A stretch of 64,000 bases of DNA from an uncultured Neisseriaceae bacterium (GTDB taxonomy: Bacteria; Pseudomonadota; Gammaproteobacteria; Burkholderiales; Neisseriaceae). The stretch is taken from NCBI GenBank assembly GCA_946481965.1, contig CAMLPN010000005.1, forward strand, positions 301 to 64,300, in the 5' to 3' direction. Both the position numbers and the translations under genes were made by a program. This document shows, one piece after another, positions 34,084 through 44,030 of the stretch; within the stretch, counting starts at the first letter, position 1; each line of letters begins with the position of its first letter. The notes below the pieces were generated by a model. It was given only the letters and a program-made list of their open reading frames with translations. It had not been told where the DNA came from and did no database searches.

Positions 34084-34881
34084 TTAAATATCTGCCAGGG
34101 AACAATTGCGCTGCCATAAAGAGGTTTTACAACGTAAATGACCAATATACTGTAATGGATATACTGGTACAACTGAAGGGATATCACCGGCACGCATATG
34201 CAATAAATCCCCGGGAGCAACCCATTCAGCCGGCGTTTTGGTTAAAGGCAATCCTGCATAATTATAGGCAGCGACAACCAGTTGCGAACAAAAGTAACGA
34301 TCTGAAGAAAAAGGTGTTACCTGCACCACAGCCATGGTATTCAGGCACAAATGGCGAAAAGCCCGCGGGATAACAGGCAATTCACACACCTTACGGGTAA
34401 CTGTATAAGGCATCTGCTTGATAATCCCCATATAATTGTACTTCCCGCCAGCCTCTGCTATGGCAAATTCACGGATTTTTTCAGCCTGTAATTCATTTAA
34501 TTGCGGATGGCGATAAACGACCAGTAACGGGTTTTCATTAATACTTTCAGTCAACGGCATAATATGTACACCACTTCCCACAGCCTCTGCCACTTCACCA
34601 TCTCCTAGATATAAAAAAGCATGGCTTACTGAAGTGTTACCAAACAAACGTAAAATACGTGAATTGAGGCTAGAATTAGCAGAAAACAAAATATCGCCAC
34701 TTTGTAATTCCATCGGATGCACCAATACTACCCCTGTTTTAGGCGCAGTATTTTGTCGCTGAAATTTTAATGCTATATGTTTTTTCTTGCCAGAACCATC
34801 TGGAACCCGATGAAACTGGGCGGTACAGGCTACTAATAAATAGCTACATAATACCAAAAACAGCAATTTAGAATATTTCAT
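34084..34881 (-). CDS. Lipoprotein, YaeF/YiiX-like permuted NlpC/P60 (papain-like) enzyme
   Basis: Lipobox LLVAC; LQSGDILF, SHAFLYLG (His), YNY, FCSQLV (Cys), APGDL. Confidence 0.85.
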   Translation of the reverse strand: MKYSKLLFLVLCSYLLVACTAQFHRVPDGSGKKKHIALKFQRQNTAPKTGVVLVHPMELQSGDILFSANSSLNSRILRLFGNTSVSHAFLYLGDGEVAEAVGSGVHIMPLTESINENPLLVVYRHPQLNELQAEKIREFAIAEAGGKYNYMGIIKQMPYTVTRKVCELPVIPRAFRHLCLNTMAVVQVTPFSSDRYFCSQLVVAAYNYAGLPLTKTPAEWVAPGDLLHMRAGDIPSVVPVYPLQYIGHLRCKTSLWQRNCSLADI

Positions 34882-35284
34882 ACTGAAATAAGATTAAATT
34901 TTATTAAATATTTATTTTGAAGTTAGATTTGAATTTGTTTAAATAACACAAAATGTTTTTTAATTTAATTAGTTAGTTAATACTGTAACCACATGTTTTA
35001 AAACAAGTTTTAATAAGATAGTATTAAAACAAAAGGCATAATATTATCCTTTTAACGAACTTGTATCTTAACACTAAAATAGCTTTTTTACTATTTAAAA
35101 TGTATAAACCAATCTGACTATTTGTTGTTTAAATAAAGTATTAATTCAAATTAACTTTCTTATTAACAAATAATATTATCCTAGAAATTAACCATTCTAA
35201 TTTACCTATAATATGTTTCTGTTTTTAGGGTAAAAACAAAAACCTTCCTCATAGCAGGGCTTTAATTAATATAAATTAGAAAAT

Positions 35285-36010
35285 TTATCTAACTCCTTTA
35301 GAAACCTGAGTATGAATATCAACATCTACACGGCGATCAGGTGCTGTACATTCGATCAAAGCAGTACGTTTCTTGGCAGCTGACACTTTTTTTCCCAGTT
35401 TAGCAACTACACGCTGACAGATTTTGGTCATTCTGGCTTCTGATTTACCCATGCCAACTACATAGATATTACTTGCTGAAACACCTTTAGATACCAGATA
35501 GTTAGCAACATTTTGAGCACGACGTTCAGACAAAGTTTGGTTATAAGCATCAGAACCTTTAAAATCTGCGTGAACAACCACACGAATTTGTAATCTGTTA
35601 TCTGCCGAATGCATAGCCAAAACATTCAGGGTATCAACTGCTTCATTACGCAAAGTGAATTTATCAAAACTAAACACGAATTCGGCAGTAAGGGAAACAG
35701 TTTCTCGTCGAATTTGTGGTTGAACAGATGCTTGTTCAGTGTAAGGATGTGCACAGTTATTACTTAAAGTTGGATTTGCATCTTCATTGAAACCATTTTT
35801 CCAGCATTCAGGCGTATCGTCAACAGAGTCAGAACCAGCAACGACAATCTCACCTGTATCAGTGAGAGGATTAGAATTTGTTGTATAGCCATTATATTTA
35901 TCACTTGGCTCACTGGTCCAATCGGCTCCCGGTACGACACCATTGGTAAAAGCGGTAGTTTAAGCAGCCGAAGCAACGATCAATGCGCTCAATTTTAGCT
36001 GTTTGGTCAT
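35285..36010 (-). pseudogene. rmpM: RmpM/OmpA paralog with a nonsense codon in the signal peptide
   Basis: ATG 36010 [16 protein letters not shown] then TAA (35960-35962, codon 17); the frame then stays open to 35285 and aligns full length with 36783-37511. Confidence 0.9.
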
Positions 36011-36733
36011 GTAATTCCCTCATCAAAAATTTATTATGTATTGATTTGGTGAAGACTCTTTCTTACCTCATTTAACTAACAATAATGACTAATGATCATT
36101 CATAAACGACGGTTTTAAAAAATGAAAGTAGGAATAAAAATAGAATGGCTTTTTCTTATTTCCCATTCTGATAGTACACTGCTTAGCATTTATATAATAA
36201 ATGCTAAGCATAAAATTTGTCTATTTACCTATAATTATAATATGCCAATGACGCTTTATTTAAATATTACTAAGATTAGTTTCATGAAAATGGATTAGTG
36301 GAATACTTTAAATTAGTTGATATAGTTTTGATTAACTAAATCTGTACTTGCTTGAAGAATAAACTCATGGATAATTTTTTCGAAATTAATCATGTAAAAA
36401 AGTTAATAATCAATTAAATAACCCAAATAGGCCAATCTTAAAACTATATCTTGGATAAAGAAAATAATTACTCACTTTGATAATGAAAGATAGCTGTATT
36501 TATCTGAAATCTGGCAAATTTAATAAATTAGAAAATAGCTTATTAGATGTAAACAATATACATACTGATGAAAAGCGTCACTACAACTTTACATCTTAGT
36601 TAATTCAGTTAGTGCGACACTATTTATCCTAAATTAATATCTTAGGTAACAACATCACATCAGCGACGAAATTTCCAAACCTATTATTAAATGGATATTG
36701 ATTTTTAATAGCATATAAATCTATTAATAAAAT

Positions 36734-36764
36734 AAAAAAACCCTGTCTTAAACAGGGTTTTTTT
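36734..36764 (-). terminator. Terminator after the intact rmpM
   Basis: AAAAAAA-CCCTGT-cttaa-ACAGGG-TTTTTTT, bidirectional. Confidence 0.85.
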
Positions 36765-36782
36765 AATATGCTTAATAAAGAA

Positions 36783-37511
36783 CTATCTTACAGATCTATT
36801 AACCAGTGTACGGATTTCCAGATCTACACGACGGTCAGGAGCAATACATGCAATTAAAGCAGTACGTCTTCTAGCTGCAGAAACTTTTTTACCTAAACGT
36901 GCTACTTCAGCTTGACAGGATGCAGTCATCTGAGCCTGTGATTCACCCATACCAACTGCAGAGATTTTACTTGCTGGAACACCATTAGATACTAGGTGGT
37001 TAGCAACAGTCTGAGCGCGACGTTCAGATAGAGTTTTATTATAACTATCAGAACCCATAAAGTCAGTATGACCAATAACACGAACGGATTGAACATTGCT
37101 ATTAGACAAACGTTCTGCCAATCGATTCAAAGTATCAATAGCTTCGTTACGCAGAGTGAATTTATCGAAACCAAACAGGAACTCAGCAGATAGGGGAACC
37201 ACTTCTCTTTGAATTTGCGGTTGAACAGGTGCTTGTACAACATTAGGATGTGCACAGTTATTACCTAAAGTTGGATTTGCATCTTCGTTGAAACCATTTT
37301 TCCAGCATTCAGGTGTACCGTCAGTAGAGTCAGCACCAGTAACGACAATCTCACCTGTACCAGTGTTAGGATTAGAACTTGTTGTATAGCCATTATATTT
37401 ACCACTTGGCTCACCGGTCCAATCGGCTCCCGGCACGACACCATTGGCAAAAGCGGCAGTTGAAGCAGCCATAGCAACGATCAATGCGCTCAATTTTAGC
37501 TGTTTGGTCAT
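36783..37511 (-). CDS. rmpM: OmpA-family outer membrane protein RmpM
   Basis: [10 protein letters not shown] signal, [31 protein letters not shown] as in neisserial RmpM. Confidence 0.92.
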   Translation of the reverse strand: MTKQLKLSALIVAMAASTAAFANGVVPGADWTGEPSGKYNGYTTSSNPNTGTGEIVVTGADSTDGTPECWKNGFNEDANPTLGNNCAHPNVVQAPVQPQIQREVVPLSAEFLFGFDKFTLRNEAIDTLNRLAERLSNSNVQSVRVIGHTDFMGSDSYNKTLSERRAQTVANHLVSNGVPASKISAVGMGESQAQMTASCQAEVARLGKKVSAARRRTALIACIAPDRRVDLEIRTLVNRSVR

Positions 37512-37983
37512 GTTATTCCCTCATCAAAAAATTTGTTATGTGCTGATTCAGCCTGAAATTCGTCTGATCAAAACACAAATACCATTTACAGGCCGCTCAA
37601 ACCGGGCGGGTAGCTTGGTAAATCAGGTCTATACTATAAGAAATCACAGTATAAACTGTCAATATCAAAACCACCAAGGCGAAGCTGCTAGACGACCCGC
37701 TTCCTAATAATGAATCATGCCTAAAAAATAACCCTGTGTCACTTATTTACAACTGAAACCATCGCTTTACTTTGATTTAGTTGTATGAAAACAACAAGAA
37801 AAGCTTTATTATGTTGATTAGTTAAAAGCCATTGTACGATGAAATTATTTAGATTTTCATCTAGCAGATAGATATTGTGTCAAGATAAGAAATTTAAGTT
37901 ATGATGCAGAAATTGAAAAATTTTTGTTGTATTTGAGCTACACTTTTTTAACTTCTTCCGTATGTGAAAGAGACTGAATATAA

Positions 37984-38934
37984 ATGAAATTACAACAGTT
38001 AAGATATGCGGTAGAGGTATATCGACAAAATTTAAATATTTCGGATGCAGCCGAAGCTTTGTTCACATCTCAGCCTGGCATCTCTAAGCAAATCCGCATG
38101 CTGGAAGATGAATTAGGAGTGCCATTATTTGTCCGTCATGGCAAACGTATTATATCGGTTACAACTCCTGGCAAAATCGTCTTAGAAACAGCAGATCGTA
38201 TTTTGCGGGAGGTGCAGAATATTAAGCGTATCGGCACTGAATTTGCCGATCAGGATATGGGTTCGCTCACTATTGCAACTACACATACTCAGGCTCGATA
38301 TGTTTTACCTAAAGTAATTCAGACATTTGCTACGCGTTATCCACTGGTGCAAATCAATATCGTGCCAGCAAGCTCTACAGCAATTAATCATATGGTTTTG
38401 AATGGAGAAGCAGATTTTGCCATTGGTGCAGAGATGGTGTCTGATCACCCAGAATTACATAAATTAAGCTGCTTTGCATGGAATCGCAGTGTCATAGTTC
38501 CCGATGGACACCCCCTATTATCTTTAACCCGCCCCTTATCTTTGCAGGATATTTCAGCCTTTCCATTGATCACTTATGATTATGCTTTTGATGATCATTC
38601 GCATATCGCACGTGCATTTGCACAGGCCAACTGTGATTATCCGAAGGTCATACTGACATCCCCTGACTCAGAGGTTATTAAAACTTATGTACTCAATGGT
38701 TTAGGAATTGGGCTGGCAGCCTCACTGGCCTTTGACCAACAGAGAGATCAGGGTCTGCAGCAGATAAATGCTGAACACTTATTTGAACCATCATTTTCTC
38801 AAGTCATTCTTAGAAAAGACGCTTATTTATGTGGTTTTGCCTATGAATTTCTAGCAATGTTTGCCCCTATGCTGACGCGTAGCAGAATTGAATCTGTATT
38901 ATATGGATCTTTTGATGAGGATTTTTCTATCTGA
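37984..38934 (+). CDS. cysB: LysR-family cysteine regulon activator CysB
   Basis: MKLQQLRY, LFTSQPGISKQI, IATTHTQARYVLP. Confidence 0.93.
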   Translation: MKLQQLRYAVEVYRQNLNISDAAEALFTSQPGISKQIRMLEDELGVPLFVRHGKRIISVTTPGKIVLETADRILREVQNIKRIGTEFADQDMGSLTIATTHTQARYVLPKVIQTFATRYPLVQINIVPASSTAINHMVLNGEADFAIGAEMVSDHPELHKLSCFAWNRSVIVPDGHPLLSLTRPLSLQDISAFPLITYDYAFDDHSHIARAFAQANCDYPKVILTSPDSEVIKTYVLNGLGIGLAASLAFDQQRDQGLQQINAEHLFEPSFSQVILRKDAYLCGFAYEFLAMFAPMLTRSRIESVLYGSFDEDFSI

Positions 38935-39009
38935 ATACAGTATATGAAAATCCAAAACCATTTTATTTTTGTCAATTAAAAATGGCTTTGGATATCTAGT
39001 GTGTAGGCT

Positions 39010-39753
39010 TTAAGGCATAAACATGCCACCATTCACATGCAAAGTTTGTCCGGTGATATATTTAGCTTCGTTACTGGCCAAAAACAACACCGCCGCAGCT
39101 ATATCTTCCGGAGTACCAAAGTGATTCAAGGCAGTTTGTGCCGAAAAATAATCACGCTGTTCCTGTGGTAAGGCAAGGGTCATATCGGTTTCAATAAAGC
39201 CAGGCGCAACACAATTGACTGTTATACCTCGGCTACCGACTTCGCGCGCAAGAGATTTTGTAAAACCGATCAAACCTGCTTTAGCAGCAGCATAGTTAGT
39301 TTGGCCTGCATTACCGATACAGCCAACTACTGATGTAATATTGATGATACGACCAGAACGCGCTTTCATCATGCTGCGCGTCACCGCTTTACAGGCACGA
39401 AAAGCAGATTTCAGATTAATTTCCATAATCTCATCCCATTCTGACTCTTTCATGCGCATCAGTAAATTATCACGGGTAATGCCGGCATTGTTTATCAGAA
39501 TAGCAATATTGCCAATTTCACTTTCAATCTCGCTAACCAGATTCTCGATACTGCTTTCTTCAGCAATCCGTAGTTCGCGCCCTTCACCATCAAATTCAGC
39601 TAAAGCCTCATTGATAGCATTCACGCCATTGGCAGATGTGGCAGTACCAATAACTTTAGCCCCTTTCTCAGCCAATACTCTGGCAATAGCAGCCCCAATA
39701 CCACGTGTTGCACCTGTTACCAGCGCTACTTTACCGCTTAAATTTTGATTCAT
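39010..39753 (-). CDS. fabG: 3-oxoacyl-ACP reductase
   Basis: TGATRGIG, NNAGITRDNL, YAAAK, GQTLHVNGG. Confidence 0.96.
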   Translation of the reverse strand: MNQNLSGKVALVTGATRGIGAAIARVLAEKGAKVIGTATSANGVNAINEALAEFDGEGRELRIAEESSIENLVSEIESEIGNIAILINNAGITRDNLLMRMKESEWDEIMEINLKSAFRACKAVTRSMMKARSGRIINITSVVGCIGNAGQTNYAAAKAGLIGFTKSLAREVGSRGITVNCVAPGFIETDMTLALPQEQRDYFSAQTALNHFGTPEDIAAAVLFLASNEAKYITGQTLHVNGGMFMP

Positions 39754-39764
39754 TATTTTTTCCT

Positions 39765-40709
39765 CTAATTAACTGGATGGCTAGTAATGAAATTTTCCAC
39801 ACTTTCCAAACTGGTTAGTGCAGCACAAACCGTGCTTTTATCAATTCTTTTTGCCAGACCAGCCAGTACTTTGCCCGGTCCACACTCACCATAGTCTGTT
39901 ATGCCTTCTTTAACCAATTTTTCAACAGTTTCGGTCCAACGTACTGGAGAATAAAGCTGTTGTACTAATGCATTTTTAATACCATCCACATCATCATGTA
40001 CAGACACATCTACGTTATGCAATACGGTAATTTGAGGTGCATTCACCTTCACATTGACTAAGGCTTGATTAAGTTGTTCAGCAGCTGGCTTCATTAAACG
40101 ACAATGCGACGGCACTGATACTGGTAAAAGTAAAGCTCGTTTAGCGCCGGCTATTTTGGCCAATTCGCAAGCCCGGTTAATGGCGTCTGTACTGCCAGCA
40201 ATTACTATTTGTCCAGGAGAATTGTAGTTTACTGCCTCAGCTACTGCTCCGGTCAGTTCCTGTTCTGCCTCAGCACAAACTTGTCGCACTATTTGGTCAT
40301 CTAAACCTAATATAGCAGCCATAGCACCTTGACCCTGAGGCACAGCATTTTGCATTAATTGAGCACGCAATCGTACCAGTTTAACTGCATCGGTAAAGTC
40401 CAGACTCTCTGCAGCTACCAAAGCAGTATATTCACCCAAACTATGACCCGCAACAACTGACGGCGCTTGTCCATTCAATTGCTGATATACCCGCCAAACA
40501 GCTACTCCTGCTGTTAACATAAGTGGCTGGGTATTAACGGTTTCATTCAATGATGCAGCATCATCACCATTCATTAATGCCCATAAATCCTGATTTAATG
40601 CACTAGATGCTTGCTCAAATGTTTGTTTGACGATATCCATATCGTTAAAGCCAGACATCATATTGAGACTTTGTGCCCCCTGCCCGGGGAAAAAGAAAGC
40701 TATACTCAT
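39765..40709 (-). CDS. fabD: Malonyl-CoA-ACP transacylase
   Basis: FPGQGAQ, GHSLGEY, NYNSPGQ, VPSHC. Confidence 0.96.
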   Translation of the reverse strand: MSIAFFFPGQGAQSLNMMSGFNDMDIVKQTFEQASSALNQDLWALMNGDDAASLNETVNTQPLMLTAGVAVWRVYQQLNGQAPSVVAGHSLGEYTALVAAESLDFTDAVKLVRLRAQLMQNAVPQGQGAMAAILGLDDQIVRQVCAEAEQELTGAVAEAVNYNSPGQIVIAGSTDAINRACELAKIAGAKRALLLPVSVPSHCRLMKPAAEQLNQALVNVKVNAPQITVLHNVDVSVHDDVDGIKNALVQQLYSPVRWTETVEKLVKEGITDYGECGPGKVLAGLAKRIDKSTVCAALTSLESVENFITSHPVN

Positions 40710-41092
40710 GATTTTCCTTGAATTAGAAAATATGCTAAATGATTATTGAATATTAGTTGATTATATTATAACTGATGACTTTTTTTTACTTATGCAAAAT
40801 ACCAAATAAAAACCATAAAATCTTTAATCTGAATATTTTAATGTCCATTGCTACTTGGATTTACTATCACTAATTTAGGCTAAGCCCAACGATTTTTCAA
40901 AATGAGCTTTTTAGTTAGCAGAATAATGATTTTCTAACTTAACAATAATATTCGATATTAATATTATGTTGTTCTCATGATAAATAATTATCTTGATTTG
41001 TCGGAAAATTAGAACATTTTTCTGCCATGACAACGTTGTTTTACTGTTGGGTTAGCTACCCTCTGATTAAGCCTAACTAGTTAATGAATAAA

Positions 41093-41446
41093 TTATTTTT
41101 CAATAAATGGCTCATATTTAAATTCAATATTAATGGTAGCTTTTTCAATATCGACAGTAACAACACAGCCTACCCACGCTGTTAATCCATTAGTTAAGTT
41201 ATTATCAATACAATATTTTCTTAATTCCACTAAACAATTTAACATATCATAATTGGCTCTAGCGCCTCCAAGAAATTGTTTAATATCATTTGATTCATTT
41301 ATGTAATCAAATTGGCACTGACAATGATCCCCTTCCTGAGATAACTCTGCTTTCATTATAATTATTTTTGCCCTATCAGGAGCTATATTAAATAATATTT
41401 GCCCAATGTCATTATTTAATTGATCATAAGTTTTCGACATTATCAT
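41093..41446 (-). CDS. Putative immunity protein (YezG/DUF600-like), intact
   Basis: L..DIGQIL, LVELRKY, W.GCVVTVD...INIEFKY; lies downstream of the toxin remnant and a paralog. Confidence 0.7.
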   Translation of the reverse strand: MIMSKTYDQLNNDIGQILFNIAPDRAKIIIMKAELSQEGDHCQCQFDYINESNDIKQFLGGARANYDMLNCLVELRKYCIDNNLTNGLTAWVGCVVTVDIEKATINIEFKYEPFIEK

Positions 41447-41472
41447 TCACTTAATTTATTTAAATATTATTA

Positions 41473-41819
41473 TTAATCTAAAATTAATGATTTATATTTA
41501 AATTTAACATTAATCTTAACGTTTTCAATATCGAGTGTAACAATACAAGCTGTCCAAATAGGATTACCATGAGCTAAATTATTATCGATAAAATACTGTC
41601 TTAATTTTACCAAAACTTCTCTTGGATTTGTTGTTGCCCTATCTAAGGTTCATACTCACTTTTTTTCTTATCAATTGTTATATAATTAAATTCTTATTCG
41701 CAAACATCACCTTCTGACCATAGATTGGCTATCTTAATAATAGTTTTAGCATCTTCAGGATCAGAAGCTGTCAAAACTTGCCCTAATCGGTTATATAAAC
41801 CTAGATTATCATTTTGCAT
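41473..41819 (-). pseudogene. Cognate immunity gene of the toxin, disrupted paralog of 41093-41446
   Basis: MQNDNLGLYNRLGQVLTASDPEDAKTII...CE* (TAA 41694-41696), frameshift near 41648, then LVKLRQYFIDNNLAHGNPIWTACIVTLDIENVKINVKFKY; ATG is 2 nt after the toxin stop. Confidence 0.82.
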
Positions 41820-41821
41820 TT

Positions 41822-42651
41822 TTATTTCCATGCAGGGTCATTTTCGAAATCAAAATATTTCGTTTTACTATCAATATATTTAACTTTAAAAACTATTTGG
41901 TCTTAGACTCGTTCTTTTATATAAATGCTCTATCCTAACATTGACCGTTTTCCCTTCTTGCAAGGCTTTAGCCCATGTATTTCTTTCTGTTTCCCTACAC
42001 CACGATTAAGGTTGGCATGCATTAGCAATATGTTAATTTACCAAATCCATTTAGTATTAAAGTTATTAAATGAACACCTTCGTCGCCTGTATTACCTTAT
42101 TTCCCTACTTTCGATTGTTGGTAAGTATTTCTGTCTAATGCATCAAGCTTAAGAGTCGCCCCAACCTTTTTTATTCAACCTAAGTAGTCAATATGATATG
42201 TTCTATTAACAACTACAATATACATTTTATTGGGTTTAGGATTATTAAGTTCTTTATTCCAATTGTCTTTGCTAGCTGATTCAGCTTCATTAGTTACAGT
42301 TTCAAGCTTATAGTGGGCTATTGTTTTAACGTCTGACACCATCCATTTAATTCTTAGGTATTTTAATGCTCGTAACGAATGAGAAAAAAATTTAACAAGC
42401 AAACCAACCAATAACCCTTCTAAAACATTCTTTAAATGACCTTCAGCAGCGCTATCATTAGGATAAGCTTGTGAATACTCTGTAACTGGATGTTGTAGTT
42501 CTTTGTAAGATTGGACTAAATTTACTAGTCGTTCTTGATGAGGGGAAAACCGAAAAATCAGCGACACCGCCAGCAACCATGTTTGACTCAGCTTAGCCAT
42601 TTTCAGTATAGGATTAATAAATTTGAGCAATTTAAATACTGGAATAAAACC
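41822..42651 (-). pseudogene. Polymorphic toxin C-terminal region with a DNA/RNA non-specific endonuclease domain (Endonuclea_NS_2-like), multiply disrupted
   Basis: Reconstructed across 2 stops and about 3 frameshifts: YHIDYLG*IKKVGATLKLDALDRNTYQQSKVGK*GNTGDEGVHLI..ILNG../NILLMHANLNRG/ERNTWAKALQEGKTVNVRI..Y..TSLRPNSF/KVKYIDSKTKYFDFENDPAWK*. Confidence 0.85.
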
Positions 42652-42991
42652 AATATGATAATTTGATTAATATTTAATAATGAAATACTTAAATAACTGT
42701 TACAATTAATTAAGCAACAATCACTCTTTCATTAAATCATTAATATATAAAAAACTGCTTATTGGTCATATCTGAATCCACAGCCACATCATCTGCATTT
42801 AGGCTATACTCAGACTTGCTAATTATTGCAGACAAACGTAGCGCAATTATTCCACTTGAACATAGCTCAATTTAGTAACTAGCAATTAAACCTTATTACC
42901 AAAAATAAATATAATATTGTTATTTAAGGCTATGTAGCAGATTTTAATAAATATCGTTGTAACAATTTTTTATCATATTTATTTAAATAAA

Positions 42992-43954
42992 TTAATATTT
43001 AACAGTTACAGCACCCCATGCAAAGCCACCACCAATACCTTCTAGTAATAATGTTTGGCCACGCTGAATACGACCAGATTTAATCCCCTGGTCTAATGCC
43101 AAAGGAATGGATGCAGCTGAGGTATTACCTTGTTCAGCTAAGGTCACTATTACTTTATCCATAGGCACTTTAAGATGACGGGCAGTAGATTCTATGATAC
43201 GTAAATTGGCTTGATGCGGAATGATCCAGTCTATATCAGTAGAGCCTAATCCTGATTTCTCTATTACTTCCAGAGCAATATTAGCCAAAGCTTTAACAGC
43301 AAATTTGTAAACTGCTTGTCCATCCATATACAGATATGGCGAACCCTCAATCTGCCCTGCAGCTATTTTCCCGGGGGTTTGTAGTATATGACTATAAGCA
43401 CCATCAGCCCGCAATTCAGCATGCAAAATGCCACCTTCTTGATTTGAAGCACCCAGTATCACTGCACCAGCGCCGTCTCCAAATAATACACAGGTACGAC
43501 GATCATTCCAGTCCAGCAAACGGCTGAATGTTTCGGCACCTATGATTAGAGCTTTAGTAGCCATGCCGCTTTTGATATAAGCATTAGCTGTGGCCAGAGC
43601 ATACATAAAACCTGCACATACTGCCTGCACATCAAATGCCGGACAACCAGCGATACCGAGCTTGTTTTGAACGATACAGGCTGTTGCCGGAAAGGTCATA
43701 TCTGGGGTAGAAGTGGCAACAATAATCAGGTCAATATCTGTTGCTACAATACCGGCATCCGCTAAGGCCGCCTGTGCCGCTTTTACTGCCAAATCACTAG
43801 TTTGCTCATTTTCAGCAGCAATATGACGCGCCTTAATACCTGTTCGAGATGTAATCCACTCATCCGATGTGTCAACAATTTTACTTAAATCATCGTTGCT
43901 CATACGGCGCATTGGCAAATAACTGCCAGTACCAAGAATATGGGCATTTAGCAT
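42992..43954 (-). CDS. fabH: 3-oxoacyl-ACP synthase III
   Basis: [31 protein letters not shown]. Confidence 0.97.
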   Translation of the reverse strand: MLNAHILGTGSYLPMRRMSNDDLSKIVDTSDEWITSRTGIKARHIAAENEQTSDLAVKAAQAALADAGIVATDIDLIIVATSTPDMTFPATACIVQNKLGIAGCPAFDVQAVCAGFMYALATANAYIKSGMATKALIIGAETFSRLLDWNDRRTCVLFGDGAGAVILGASNQEGGILHAELRADGAYSHILQTPGKIAAGQIEGSPYLYMDGQAVYKFAVKALANIALEVIEKSGLGSTDIDWIIPHQANLRIIESTARHLKVPMDKVIVTLAEQGNTSAASIPLALDQGIKSGRIQRGQTLLLEGIGGGFAWGAVTVKY

Positions 43955-44030
43955 GGTTTATTCTTCAGATAAAAACAAAGGGCTATTGTAGACAAAGTCG
44001 TTTAATTTGTCTGCCTCTGTAAATTGATGA

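Noticed and set aside
36180-36700. Protein-like fragments and two TGACGCTTT motifs between the rmpM copies
   Set aside because: Too many stops to reconstruct, and two 9-mers are not enough to call a binding site
39341-39748. 135-aa ORF antisense to fabG
   Set aside because: Typical antisense shadow of an SDR gene
41925-42152. 75-aa plus-strand ORF in the fab insertion
   Set aside because: Antisense to the reconstructed nuclease toxin, which explains the sequence better
42660-42900. NNCATF (papain-like catalytic motif) in one minus frame upstream of the toxin
   Set aside because: Bounded by stops within a few codons; probably chance
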